A stretch of 64,000 nt of DNA from Polyangiaceae bacterium (GCA_033763455.1 JANRKO010000059.1:18375-82374), one strand, 5' to 3'. Positions 44,916 through 55,390 are shown, numbered from the stretch's first letter. The notes: generated by a model from the sequence alone, not told the origin. Numbers and translations: made by a program.

Positions 44916-45002
44916 TTTAGATACCGCTCAAGCAATCCCATCTTCAATCACCAACCACTCATCCCAAACGTAAACAACCAACGCACCTAAAAGGAAAATT
45001 CA

Positions 45003-45719
45003 ATGAAACTTTCACTCTCGCGCTTAGTTCTACTTCCCCTAACCCTGGCTGCTGGAGCCTGCGCGCACTCCGCGGGGACCGCTCCGCATGAGATGAGCGC
45101 GGCGGAACACCAGGCTGCCGCCCAGAACGAAGACCAACAAGCGGGAGGGCACGAAGCGCAGTATGACGCGAACGCACGGCAGTCTACCGTCTCATGCAAA
45201 CCGAGCAGGGGTCGCGTCTGCTGGACGGCATGGGAGAACCCGACCAAGGAGCATAATGTTTCGGCGGCAGAGCATCACGAGCTCGCGGCCAAGCACCGCG
45301 CGGCCTCCAAAGAACTCGCTGATGCTGAGGCCCGTGAATGCGCCGGTCTGAGCGACGAAGATCGCGATGTCAGCCCATTTGCCCGCGGGGCTGATATCTC
45401 AAGCGTTGCACAACTCAAGGAGGACAAGCGTGTCGGCAAAGCTTCGGTGTCGCGCGAAGCCGGGGCGACGATCGTCTTTCGCGCGGCGCCAGGGCTGACC
45501 GCAGAGTGGCTACAGCGCATCGTTGATTGCCACCTCGCCCGAAACTCTGCGGTCGGGCACGACATGCCAGAGATGTCCTATTGCCCACTCGTCCCACGCG
45601 GAGCGCAGGCGAAAGTGCACTCGTCCGGTGATGGCTTTGCCGTGGATGTTCGTTCTGACGACGCGGAGACTGCCGCTGAGATATGGAAGCGGGCGCAGCA
45701 GCTCAGCATCAAGCCTTGA
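45003..45719 (+). CDS. His/Cys-rich lipoprotein family copy 3
   Basis: RBS AAGGA; lipobox AGAC; lies between csoR and the tolC-cusB-cusA genes. Confidence 0.85.
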   Translation: MKLSLSRLVLLPLTLAAGACAHSAGTAPHEMSAAEHQAAAQNEDQQAGGHEAQYDANARQSTVSCKPSRGRVCWTAWENPTKEHNVSAAEHHELAAKHRAASKELADAEARECAGLSDEDRDVSPFARGADISSVAQLKEDKRVGKASVSREAGATIVFRAAPGLTAEWLQRIVDCHLARNSAVGHDMPEMSYCPLVPRGAQAKVHSSGDGFAVDVRSDDAETAAEIWKRAQQLSIKP

Positions 45720-45721
45720 GC

Positions 45722-47014
45722 ATGAAGTCGAAAAGAGCTGCCGTTGTCATTGCCTGGTGCGCGGCAATTTGTTTAGTCCAGAGCATATCCCTGCAGGCCG
45801 AGGCCCAAGCGCGCAAGGGCTCAGAAGCAACGCTCGCTCTTCCAGAGCCCCTCCACATTCAGCAAGTCCTAGAGCTGGCACGCTCGCGACGCGCCGAAGT
45901 TGTGGCCGCTCGGGAACGTGCACGCGCGGCTTCTGAGCGGCCCGCCATCGTGGCTGCATTGGAAGAGCCCGTGGTTTCGGCGTCCGTGGATCACCTCCCG
46001 TTCATGCTCAACGGGGCCGACGTTAGCCTCACCGTCGAACAGCGGTTCCCGCTTTCGAAGGTTCGCGGAAACCTGCGGCGTGCGGCGGAGGCCGAAGCCA
46101 CGCGACTTCGCTCCGACACGAATCGGGTGGGGCTCGACGTTGAGTGGGAAGCAGCAAGCTCCTTTTTGATGCTGCACGAGCGGCGGCAAACAGCCAATAT
46201 TTTGATAGAACAGCTGGGTCTCGCCCAGGAGTTGGTGGGCGCAACCACTGCGCGCTACGCAAGCGGCAACGGTCTGCAAGCGGACGTCCTTCGGGCGGAG
46301 CTTGAAGTCGCTCGCCTGGAGGCTGCGCAGCTCTCGCAAAAATCCGAAATTCGTGGAGCTGAGGCCATGCTGAATGCAAGCCTTGCGCGCGACACGCGGG
46401 CACCTATCCCCGAGCTTGCCAGCGCAGCTATCACAACAGAACCACCGGAGTTCGTAGCAGCACGCGATGCGGCGCTTGGAAACCGCCCAGAGGTCGCCTC
46501 CGGGCGTGCCGAGATCACAAAGGCCCAAGCGGACGTGTCGGTGATGAATTCCATGTATTCGCCGATGGCGATGCTGCGCACCGGCCCTTCGTACACGATG
46601 AACGATGGGCCAGGCTGGATGCTGATGGTCGGCGTGAGCGTCCCGATTTGGCGTGAGCGTCTGAGCTCCGGTGTGCGCGAGGCTGAGGCCATGCTGGGCA
46701 TGTCGCGGGCCGATCTGAGTGCCATGAAGCGTATGATAGAGGGTGAGGTTGCCAATTCTCGCTACCAATTGCTCTCCGTGCGGGATCGCTATCTTGCACT
46801 CCGGGATCAACTTCGCCCGCGCGCCAAGCGCATGGTCGAAACCGCCCTCACCAGTTACTCAACTGGCACTCTGCCGCTCGTGAGTGTGATCGAGGCGGTC
46901 CAGACCACGTGGTCCGTCGAGACGGACTTAGTCAGCGCGGAGTTTGAGCTTGGGCTTGCCTGGGCGCGTTTTCAGCGGGCTATTGCGGCTCGCACTTGGG
47001 GTAAACATGAGTGA
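45722..47014 (+). CDS. TolC/CusC-like outer membrane efflux protein
   Basis: Signal peptide, OEP repeats (ARYASG...DVLRAELE; VSVPIW). Confidence 0.85.
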   Translation: MKSKRAAVVIAWCAAICLVQSISLQAEAQARKGSEATLALPEPLHIQQVLELARSRRAEVVAARERARAASERPAIVAALEEPVVSASVDHLPFMLNGADVSLTVEQRFPLSKVRGNLRRAAEAEATRLRSDTNRVGLDVEWEAASSFLMLHERRQTANILIEQLGLAQELVGATTARYASGNGLQADVLRAELEVARLEAAQLSQKSEIRGAEAMLNASLARDTRAPIPELASAAITTEPPEFVAARDAALGNRPEVASGRAEITKAQADVSVMNSMYSPMAMLRTGPSYTMNDGPGWMLMVGVSVPIWRERLSSGVREAEAMLGMSRADLSAMKRMIEGEVANSRYQLLSVRDRYLALRDQLRPRAKRMVETALTSYSTGTLPLVSVIEAVQTTWSVETDLVSAEFELGLAWARFQRAIAARTWGKHE

Positions 47015-48368
47015 TCCAAAAACGGAAATAGACGGCGGGCAGGCGGAGGTCGGGCCCGAAGGCAAGAGCAAGCACGAGTGGCGGACCTTCACGACGGGTG
47101 CCGGCTTGATGCTGGTTCTCTTCGGTGGCCTTGTCCTTGTTCAGCATCTGCGCCACGGTTGGCCCTTTTCACTGCACCATGGGATAGTCAGCTCACAGTC
47201 TGCGCCTGCCCCCAAAGCGCTGCCCGCCAGCGAGGATGCAAAGGCCAACGTCCGCGCTCCAGTTGAACTCGAGCCTTCTCGGCTCTCGGCTCTCGGCATT
47301 CGCGTGGAACGTGTTCGCCCCGAAATTATCGCACGCCCGCTCCGCACCGTAGCCTCGGTGGCACCCGACGAATCTCGGCTATCGCACGTGCACACTCGGG
47401 TTTCTGGCTGGATCGAGGAGCTCGGTATCAACACCACCGGGCAGTCGGTGCGCGCTGGGCAGGCGCTTGCCGGAATCTTCTCCCAAGAGCTGCTCTCCTC
47501 TCAGACGGAGTACTTGGCGGCGCGTCGAGCCTCAGAAAAGGGGCCCGTAAGTGCTGTTGCAGAAGGGGCTCGCTCGCGCCTGAAGGTGCTTGGCATGACC
47601 GACGCGGAAGTGAGCGCGATTGAACGCTCTGGCCAGCCTCGGCGGCTCGTCACGGTGACCGCACCAAGGAGTGGCGTGGTTATCCACAAGGGGATCACGG
47701 TGGGCACTGCCGTGGATCCGTCGACAGAACTTGTGGTGATCGCGGATCTATCGACGGTTTGGATCTTGGCGGAAGTTCCCGAGTCCGACATTCCCAATGT
47801 AGAGCGCGCCACACCTGTAAGTTTGCAATTCCCAGGTTCCGGCTTGGTGCCATTTGAAGCACCCGTGGACTTCTTGTACCCCACGCTGTCAGAACGCACG
47901 CGCACGTTGCGGGTGCGGATAATCGCCGAGAACCCAACCGGAGCCCTGCGCCCCGGCCTCTACGGAACTGCTGAATTTCGGGTGCGCCCGCGTTCAGCGC
48001 TCACCATTTCACGTGACGCAGTGGTGGATACCGGAGCCTCGCAGCACGTCTTCTTGGTCGAAGGCGAGGGCCGCTTTGTCCCCAAGCCCGTCAAACTCGG
48101 TGCGCGCTTTGATGATCGGGTGGAAGTACTCGAAGGGCTTCATGAAGGCGACGCCATCGTGGCATCTGGTGTGTTTCTCATAGATTCGGAGAGCCGCTTG
48201 CGAGCCTCTGGTGGGGGTACGGGGCATGCGCATGGTGCGCCAGCCAAGGACTCCTCAGTACCCAACGGCGAACCTGCGCTAAAACACGAAGGCGGTTCTC
48301 ATTCGTCGGCGCCTCCACCTCCAAAAGAAGAGTCGCCGCCACACAGTGGACATGCGGTGATGCCGTGA
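47007..48368 (+). CDS. cusB: CusB-like RND membrane fusion protein
   Basis: VHTRVSGWIEEL, IADLSTVW, YPTLSERTRTLRVR, GVFLIDSES; His-rich C-tail. Confidence 0.88.
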   Translation: MSDPKTEIDGGQAEVGPEGKSKHEWRTFTTGAGLMLVLFGGLVLVQHLRHGWPFSLHHGIVSSQSAPAPKALPASEDAKANVRAPVELEPSRLSALGIRVERVRPEIIARPLRTVASVAPDESRLSHVHTRVSGWIEELGINTTGQSVRAGQALAGIFSQELLSSQTEYLAARRASEKGPVSAVAEGARSRLKVLGMTDAEVSAIERSGQPRRLVTVTAPRSGVVIHKGITVGTAVDPSTELVVIADLSTVWILAEVPESDIPNVERATPVSLQFPGSGLVPFEAPVDFLYPTLSERTRTLRVRIIAENPTGALRPGLYGTAEFRVRPRSALTISRDAVVDTGASQHVFLVEGEGRFVPKPVKLGARFDDRVEVLEGLHEGDAIVASGVFLIDSESRLRASGGGTGHAHGAPAKDSSVPNGEPALKHEGGSHSSAPPPPKEESPPHSGHAVMP

Positions 48369-51300
48369 TCGCTCGCATCATCGAATGGTCCGCCAAGCAC
48401 CATTGGATCGTATTTGGTGCCACGGGCCTTTTGATCGTGTGGGCTGTAATCGCAATGAAGCAGACCCCTTTGGACGCCCTGCCGGATCTGTCCGATCCCC
48501 AGGTGATCATCTTCAGCGATTGGATGGGGCGAAGCCCGGATCTCGTTGAAGATCAGGTGACCTACCCCTTGGTGCGCGCCCTCCAAAGTACTCCCAAGGC
48601 GCGGACGGTGCGTGGGTATTCCATGTTTGGGATGAGCTTTGTCTATGTCATCTTTCAAGATGACACCGACATCTACTGGGCGCGGACCCGCGTGCTGGAG
48701 CAACTCGGGCGGGTAAAGCAGATCTTGCCGCCAGATGTGGCGCCAGTGCTTGGCCCAGATGCGACGGGCGTTGGCTGGGTGTTTCAGTATGTCATCAACG
48801 ACAGCTCAAGGAAGCTCGATCTCGCACAACTTCGTGAGCTCCAAGACTTTACGATCCGCCCTGCATTGCAGGCGGTGTCGGGTGTCGCTGAGATCGCGAC
48901 GCTCGGCGGCTTCGAACGCCAATACCAAATCGTCTTGGATCCCAACCGGCTGGCGGCGTACGGCGTCACATTACCCGACGTGACGCGTGCTGTGCGCGAC
49001 GCCAACTCGGAAGTTGGCGCGCGTGTGCTCGAAATGGCTGGGCGCGAATACGTGCTGCGTGGACGCGGCTACGTAAAGACTCCTGCTGATCTCGAGACTA
49101 GCGTGGTGGCAGTGGGTGCCGGCGGAACACCGATCCGCGTCCGAGACGTCGCGCGCGTGCAGTTTGGGCCAGAAATTCGACGGGGTGCAGCGGATTGGAA
49201 CGGGAAGGGCGAGGCCGTAGGCGGCATCGTGGTGATGCGGGTGGGTTCCAATGCGCTCGAAGTGATCGAGTCCGTAAAGAAGGAAATCGGCAAGTTAAAC
49301 TTGCCCGATGGCGTGACGCTTGTCCCTACCTACGACCGCTCTGATTTGATCCGTGGTTCGATTGACACGCTGAAGACCACCCTGGTCGAAGAAGGCGTCA
49401 TCGTTGTTCTGATCTGTATCCTTTTTCTCTTCCACTTCCGTTCCGCACTGGTCGCGATGATCATTCTGCCGCTGGCGGCGCTGCTCTCCTTTATTGGGAT
49501 CCGCTACCTCGGGTTGACCTCAAACATCATGTCACTCGGAGGCATTGCAATTGCCGTCGGTGAACTCGGGGACGCCGCGATCGTTTTGGTGGAGAACGCA
49601 CATGTGCGTCTTTCCACCGCACCCCAGGGTTCGGACCGCAAACGCATCATCATTGATGCGTGCAAGGAAGTGGGGAGCCCTATCTTCTTTTCTCTGCTCC
49701 TCATTACCGTTAGCTTTCTTCCGATCTTCACGCTTGCTGGCCAAGCCGGGCGGCTTTTTCGGCCACTCGCCTTCACCAAGACGTTCGCGATGTTCGCAGC
49801 AGCTCTGCTTTCGATCACCCTGGCACCGCCGCTCATGGTGCTGTTGCTGCGGGGCCGCTTCCGTACCGAAGCCGAAAATCCGGTCAGTCGGGTGCTCGGG
49901 AAACTCTACCGTCCGATCGTGCGTCGGGTGGTTCGCGCTCGATTTCTCGTGGCAGCAGCGGCGATTGCGACGATAATCGCAACCGTTCCGATGTTTCTTC
50001 GGATCGGTTCCGAGTTCATGCCGCCCTTGGATGAGGGCTCACTCTTGGTGATGCCCACCACATTTGCTGGGATCTCGATCGAAGAGGCTCGAAGAGCGTT
50101 GGCTGTCCAACACCGTGCGATCATGAGTTTTCGTGAAGTTCAGTCGGTGCATGGCAAAGCTGGGCGCGCCGAAACTGCCACTGATCCGGCACAGCTCGAT
50201 ATGATCGAAAGTGTGGTGATGTTGCGTCCCAAGGAGCAATGGCCAAAACATTTCGAGAAGCAATGGTACAGTGGGGCACCCGCATGGGTGAAAGCTCCGT
50301 TCGAACTTGTGTGGCCTGAAGAACGCACGCGCACTCAAGAGGAGCTAGTGCGCGATCTAGACCACGCGTTGCGCATGCCTGGCTATCAGATGGCGATTTC
50401 GCCCCCCATTCGCACACGTATTGACATGCTCACCACAGGCGTCCGTACGCCTGTCGGCATCAAGGTATTTGGCCAAAATCTGGCGGAGATAGAGCAGCTT
50501 TCGATTTCGCTTGAAGGCCTTTTGCGCGAAGTTTCAGGCACTCGAAGTACCTTTGCCGAGCGCCAAACAGGGCGCGAGTACGTGGACGTGGTGCCCAATC
50601 GCGAGGTCATTGCGCGCTATGGCCTCAGCATGCGCGACGTGCACGACGTGCTCGAAGCAGCCGTGGGCGGCATGAGCGTTTCGACCGTCATTTCCGGACG
50701 TTCACGCTTCTCGGTGAACCTGAGATACGCCTCGGACTACCGCAATTCACCGGACAAGTTGCGCGACATTCTCGTGCCAGTTCCCACCACGGATTCGATC
50801 GCGGACATTGATCTCGGTGTCTCCGGCACCGGTGTGTCGGGCGCCATGGCTGCGTCTTCCGACAGCATGGCGTCCGGGCCAAAGAGCGGTTCCATGGGCA
50901 CGATGAACAGCGCGAGCGGTAGCAATTCAGCTCGCTCCAGCATGGGTGCTATGGGTTCCAGCGGGGGGGTATCCCCGCCGCGCATGGGAGCGGGCCCAAG
51001 TTCTCCACCCGACACGCAGGACCGCTGGCGCCAGCCTCTCGCTACCGTGCCCCTGGGCGCGCTTGCGGAAGTCAACGTACTTACGGGACCACCGATGATA
51101 AAAGACGAGAACGGCGTACTGGTCGGGTACGTCTTTGCAGATATCGACAGCTCCAACCGGGACCTCGGTGGCTGGGTGAAAGACGCGAAAGCGCTCGTCG
51201 CTAAGAAGCTGGTACTTCCGGGAGGTTCGCGCCTCGAATGGACTGGCCAGTATGAATTCATGGCCGAGATGGAGGCGCGCATGCGGTACGTGCTGCCGCT

Positions 51301-51823
51301 CACTTTAGTGCTCATTGTGGTGCTGCTTTACCTGTCGATGAAAGGCTGGGCCCAGACGCTCCTCGTGCTTGCCAGCCTCCCTTTCGCAGCCGCGGGGAGC
51401 ATCTGGCTCCTCGCCGCCATGGGTTACAACTTCTCAACTGCCGTCTGGGTGGGGCTGATCGCGGTGGCGGGGGTCGCGGCTGAGACGGGCATCGTTATGG
51501 TGGTGTACCTGGATGAGGCTTTCGAACGAGCTCTGGGAGAAGGTCGCATTCGAGAACCCAAGGACGTAGACGCGGTGATCGTAGAGGGTGCCACACGCAA
51601 CGCCCGCCCGCTCGTGATGACGGTTGCAACCACCGTGCTCGGCCTGATGCCCTTGCTGTTCGAAAGCGGAGTCGGCGCTGATGTGTCCGCACGCACCGCA
51701 GCTCCCGTGGTTGGTGGGCTCTGGTCGTGCATGTTTCTCACCCTTTTGGTAATACCGGCCGCATACTCGATCTGGCGCAGGAGCCAAATCCGTCGCGGAA
51801 CCTTCGCTGCAATCGACCTATAA
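48365..51823 (+). CDS. cusA: CusA-type heavy-metal efflux RND transporter
   Basis: LDALPDLSDPQV, GPDATGVGWV, GSEFMPPLDEG; Met triad equivalents LVMPT, LDMIE, IDMLT. Confidence 0.92.
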   Translation: MIARIIEWSAKHHWIVFGATGLLIVWAVIAMKQTPLDALPDLSDPQVIIFSDWMGRSPDLVEDQVTYPLVRALQSTPKARTVRGYSMFGMSFVYVIFQDDTDIYWARTRVLEQLGRVKQILPPDVAPVLGPDATGVGWVFQYVINDSSRKLDLAQLRELQDFTIRPALQAVSGVAEIATLGGFERQYQIVLDPNRLAAYGVTLPDVTRAVRDANSEVGARVLEMAGREYVLRGRGYVKTPADLETSVVAVGAGGTPIRVRDVARVQFGPEIRRGAADWNGKGEAVGGIVVMRVGSNALEVIESVKKEIGKLNLPDGVTLVPTYDRSDLIRGSIDTLKTTLVEEGVIVVLICILFLFHFRSALVAMIILPLAALLSFIGIRYLGLTSNIMSLGGIAIAVGELGDAAIVLVENAHVRLSTAPQGSDRKRIIIDACKEVGSPIFFSLLLITVSFLPIFTLAGQAGRLFRPLAFTKTFAMFAAALLSITLAPPLMVLLLRGRFRTEAENPVSRVLGKLYRPIVRRVVRARFLVAAAAIATIIATVPMFLRIGSEFMPPLDEGSLLVMPTTFAGISIEEARRALAVQHRAIMSFREVQSVHGKAGRAETATDPAQLDMIESVVMLRPKEQWPKHFEKQWYSGAPAWVKAPFELVWPEERTRTQEELVRDLDHALRMPGYQMAISPPIRTRIDMLTTGVRTPVGIKVFGQNLAEIEQLSISLEGLLREVSGTRSTFAERQTGREYVDVVPNREVIARYGLSMRDVHDVLEAAVGGMSVSTVISGRSRFSVNLRYASDYRNSPDKLRDILVPVPTTDSIADIDLGVSGTGVSGAMAASSDSMASGPKSGSMGTMNSASGSNSARSSMGAMGSSGGVSPPRMGAGPSSPPDTQDRWRQPLATVPLGALAEVNVLTGPPMIKDENGVLVGYVFADIDSSNRDLGGWVKDAKALVAKKLVLPGGSRLEWTGQYEFMAEMEARMRYVLPLTLVLIVVLLYLSMKGWAQTLLVLASLPFAAAGSIWLLAAMGYNFSTAVWVGLIAVAGVAAETGIVMVVYLDEAFERALGEGRIREPKDVDAVIVEGATRNARPLVMTVATTVLGLMPLLFESGVGADVSARTAAPVVGGLWSCMFLTLLVIPAAYSIWRRSQIRRGTFAAIDL

Positions 51824-53137
51824 ATTCAGCGCACGCGCAACTGCGACGATCAAGCCAGCTGCCGCGCCACACCCAAACACCTTCGCGATGTCCGCGCCGT
51901 AGTTGCGGCCACCCCCGATCCACGCGATGGCCCCTTTCACTATCGTGTTGCTTACCACGGCAACGGTGATGGCGAGCGCCGCTATGCCGCTGTCGAGCTG
52001 ACCATTCGACGCCAGGCGCGTAGCAGCGAGGTTGATTGCATCAACGTCCACAAACCCCGAAATGGCGGCGGTCGCTATTAGCCCCGAGCTGCCGAAAGCG
52101 TCGCGGGCCACAGCGGAAGCGACCAGAACGCCAGCCAATAGGACACCCCACTTGAGGGCTGGGACCAGGGAGAAAGGGTTCTTGAGTTCCATCTCGCGGC
52201 GCGGTGCGGGGTGTCGATCCAACAAGCGAAGCTGACGCCACTTCCACAGCACTCCTCCGATCGAGCAAAGCGCCATCACTCCGAACGGAAGTGCGAGTGC
52301 CTTGGCGACATTCAGGTCGATGAGCGCAGAAACGACGATGACTCGGCCTAACATTACGCTGCTAGAGAGGAGCGTCGCGAGTTGACCGGGCTGCACCATG
52401 TTAGAGGTCGCTTTGGCCTCTTGCGCCATGGCCACCGTCACCGCTGTTGAGCTGACGAGCCCTCCGATGATACCGGTGAGGGCCGCGCTACGCCGACCGC
52501 CGAGTAGGCGATGCAGGACGTATCCGACGTATCCTATGGCCGCGATTAACGCGACAAAAATTCCGAGACGCCGAGGCGATAGCACTCGCCAAGGGTCGCG
52601 TGCTTCTTCGGGCAAGAGCGGCAGTACGATCGCAAGGAGAATCAAGAGTTGGAGCGTGGCCGTCAAATCTACGCGACGCACGCGCGGCACCAATGAACGG
52701 AACCAAGGCTTGGAGATCAGAAGGAGCGTGGTTCCAAGCGCGAGGGCGACGGCGATCCCTCGGTGATGATGGACGACCATTCCCAGGACAAGCGTGGTGA
52801 GGGCGCCCACTTCCGTCGTGAATCCACGACCTGATTCGTGCTCGCGCGCTGCTGCCAGCGCCACAAGGCCTCCGGTAACCACCAGTGCAGCCACGGGGAG
52901 CCAAGGATGGATTTCTCCAGAGTAGGCCGTTACCCATCCGAAAAGCGCCAACAACGCGAACGTCCTCACACCAAGGAGCGTCTCCGGGTGTCCCTCAACC
53001 GGTCCTTGCTGATGTTGGTGCCGCGAAACGTCACTGTGCTCGCGCTCAAGCCCAATGAAAAGGCCAATTCCTATAGCCAACGTGGCGTCTAAGAGGAGGC
53101 GAAGCGTGGAGTTGTCGACTTGATTCACGTAATTCAC
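51818..53137 (-). CDS. MgtC/SapB + DUF4010 membrane protein
   Basis: GLFIGLERE, GVRTFAL, GFTTE, GGLVSSTAVT, DVDAI. Confidence 0.88.
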   Translation of the reverse strand: MNYVNQVDNSTLRLLLDATLAIGIGLFIGLEREHSDVSRHQHQQGPVEGHPETLLGVRTFALLALFGWVTAYSGEIHPWLPVAALVVTGGLVALAAAREHESGRGFTTEVGALTTLVLGMVVHHHRGIAVALALGTTLLLISKPWFRSLVPRVRRVDLTATLQLLILLAIVLPLLPEEARDPWRVLSPRRLGIFVALIAAIGYVGYVLHRLLGGRRSAALTGIIGGLVSSTAVTVAMAQEAKATSNMVQPGQLATLLSSSVMLGRVIVVSALIDLNVAKALALPFGVMALCSIGGVLWKWRQLRLLDRHPAPRREMELKNPFSLVPALKWGVLLAGVLVASAVARDAFGSSGLIATAAISGFVDVDAINLAATRLASNGQLDSGIAALAITVAVVSNTIVKGAIAWIGGGRNYGADIAKVFGCGAAAGLIVAVARALNL

Positions 53138-53218
53138 GTCCCGAGGATGTTCAGAATGTTCGGTGCTCTCGTGTTCATGCTTCGCTTGGCGGGTTCGTTG
53201 GTGGTGCGCACGCTTTCG

Positions 53219-54604
53219 CTAAGGCCTGAGCGCCCGAATCAGGGGAGCTTTTCCGAGCGGAGTTCTGGTGACCGCCGAGACGATTTCGACTTGCACGCGT
53301 GGTGGGTCCGCGCCCGCGTCTCGGAGAGCCTGCGTCACCGAAGCCACGAGTTCCTCTTCTTGAACGGGCTCTTTTGGGTTGCTGAGTAGGATGCGCACAA
53401 GGTTGAGCTCCTGGATAATCTGCCACTCTTGGACACGCAACGGCTCAAGCAGGCGATGAAATACGTTGGGGTGGATCACCACGTCGCTTCCCGCAACGGT
53501 GTGCATAACGAGCGAATCCTCCGCGCGCCCTTCGATGCCAGAAAGCAGTCTGAACGGTAGCCCGCAGTCACAGGTGTCCGTTGAGAGACTCACGCAATCG
53601 CTCATGGCGTAGCGTATGAGAGGCTGGGTGCGACTGAACAATACGGTAACGAGGATCTTGGCCCCGGGAGTACCCGGAGGTACCGGTCGGTCCTGTTCGT
53701 CCACCACCTCCGGAATCACTAGATCCTCGTAGAGATGCATCCGGTGGCGCCGGCAATCGGACGCGACCCCCGCGGTCTCAGTTGCCGCATAGACGTTGAA
53801 CGGCGAAGTGCCCCAGGCGTGCTCGATCCGTGCCGTGCCCTCCGGGGTGAGCACCTCGGACGAGCACATCACCGCACGGGGCGAAATCCGCAGGCGACCA
53901 GCGAGTTGCTCCTCGGCGAGCACGCGTGCCATGGACGCATACGCGACTAGATTCTCGGGCCGCCATTCGTTCAAGCCGGCCACAATTTCCGCCAGTGGTT
54001 GCGTCGCATCGAAGCGGTGGACGGGAATGAAGGGACTATCCACGCTCATCCCGACCCGAGATGACTGATGCCATGGCACACGCGAGCTCACGACAGCGAG
54101 CCGGGTCCTCTGCGTCAAACTTGCATGGATACCCGCCCATTCCTGTGCCCTCGCGTAGGACGCGATGACGGTGGCCCACTCACGACGATCCGCGAGGAAG
54201 ATGCCCGGGTGCCCCGTGCTGCCTGAGGTGCGGGAGACCCAGAATTTTCCTCGGAATCGATCGTTCGAGCGAAGTGTCTCCAGGTAGCGCTCAACGTCGT
54301 TGAGTCGAACTTCAGGGGAGGTTACCAGTTCGTTGAAGCTGGACATAAGCTCGGTTTTAGTGAGAATCGGTAACTCACCGAGCGGCTTTCCCTCCAGGCC
54401 GCGGTGAAACCGCCTGTAGAACGGGGAGCGTGCGTAAGCAAAGCGACGAAGGCGCTCCAACTGCCTGGCCTGAAACGCTTCAAGCTCACTCCGGGACCAG
54501 CGCTCGTGTGAGCGCAGCCGCCTTCGATTCCAAAGTACGCTGAGAATAAGCCGAGTGTCCACGGTTTCGAACGTTCTCGCGCCCGGCAAACTAGCCGAAA
54601 CCAA
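53219..54604 (-). CDS. phenylacetate-CoA ligase/CapK-like adenylate-forming enzyme
   Basis: LPILTK, TSGSTGHP, YAATETA, PLIRY, IEGRAED. Confidence 0.85.
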   Translation of the reverse strand: MVSASLPGARTFETVDTRLILSVLWNRRRLRSHERWSRSELEAFQARQLERLRRFAYARSPFYRRFHRGLEGKPLGELPILTKTELMSSFNELVTSPEVRLNDVERYLETLRSNDRFRGKFWVSRTSGSTGHPGIFLADRREWATVIASYARAQEWAGIHASLTQRTRLAVVSSRVPWHQSSRVGMSVDSPFIPVHRFDATQPLAEIVAGLNEWRPENLVAYASMARVLAEEQLAGRLRISPRAVMCSSEVLTPEGTARIEHAWGTSPFNVYAATETAGVASDCRRHRMHLYEDLVIPEVVDEQDRPVPPGTPGAKILVTVLFSRTQPLIRYAMSDCVSLSTDTCDCGLPFRLLSGIEGRAEDSLVMHTVAGSDVVIHPNVFHRLLEPLRVQEWQIIQELNLVRILLSNPKEPVQEEELVASVTQALRDAGADPPRVQVEIVSAVTRTPLGKAPLIRALRP

Positions 54605-54673
54605 ACCGAAACGGAAGATCGACGATCTGACGCGGGTCGTTTACGACGCCAGATCACCAAAAGGACACACCCG

Positions 54674-55390
54674 ATGAAACTCGCTATCTCGCACCTGATT
54701 CTACTTCCCCTAACCTTCGCTGCCGGGGCGTGTGCTCCCGCTGCGGGCACTCAAGCGCACGAAATGAGCGCCGCCGAACACCAAGCGGCAGCGAAGCAGG
54801 AAGAGAGCGATGCCGAAGCCCACGCGGCAAAATATCACCCTGAGGCCCCGGCCGTTGGGGCTGCGTGTAAGCCCAGCAGGGGGCGCGTCTGCTGGACGGA
54901 ATGGGAAAATCCGAGCAAAGAGCATCAAATTTCGGCCGCCGAGCATCACGACCTCGCGGCTAAGCATCGTGCAGCATCTAAAGAGCTCACGGAAGCCGAG
55001 GCCAGCGCATGCTCAGGTCTCAGTGACGAAGATCGGGATATTAGCCCCTTCGCCCACGGGGCTGATATTTCAAGTGTCACGCAACTCAAAGAGGAAAAGC
55101 GCGCCGGCAAAGCCACAACGACGCGCGACGCTGGTGCGACCGTTGTTTTTCGCGCGGCGCCAGGCTTAACCGCCGAATGGCTGCAGCGCATTGTGGATTG
55201 CCACTTGGCAAGAAACGCGGCTGTGGGACACAATATGCCACAGATGTCGTACTGCCCGTTGGTGCCACGCGGGGTGCAGGCGAAGGTGCACTCATCCGGC
55301 GGCGGCTTTGCCGTCGACATTCGTTCTGACGATCCAGAGACGGTCGCTGAGATATGGAAGCGAGCTCAACAACTAAAGATTAAGCCCTGA
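54674..55390 (+). CDS. His/Cys-rich lipoprotein family copy 4
   Basis: RBS AAGGA; 238 aa, collinear with and very similar to copy 3. Confidence 0.85.
   Translation: MKLAISHLILLPLTFAAGACAPAAGTQAHEMSAAEHQAAAKQEESDAEAHAAKYHPEAPAVGAACKPSRGRVCWTEWENPSKEHQISAAEHHDLAAKHRAASKELTEAEASACSGLSDEDRDISPFAHGADISSVTQLKEEKRAGKATTTRDAGATVVFRAAPGLTAEWLQRIVDCHLARNAAVGHNMPQMSYCPLVPRGVQAKVHSSGGGFAVDIRSDDPETVAEIWKRAQQLKIKP

Noticed and set aside
45747..46810. Long antisense ORFs (e.g. 313 aa here, 269 aa at 32985, 272 aa at 23960)
   Set aside because: Shadow frames of well-supported genes in GC-rich DNA; no motifs
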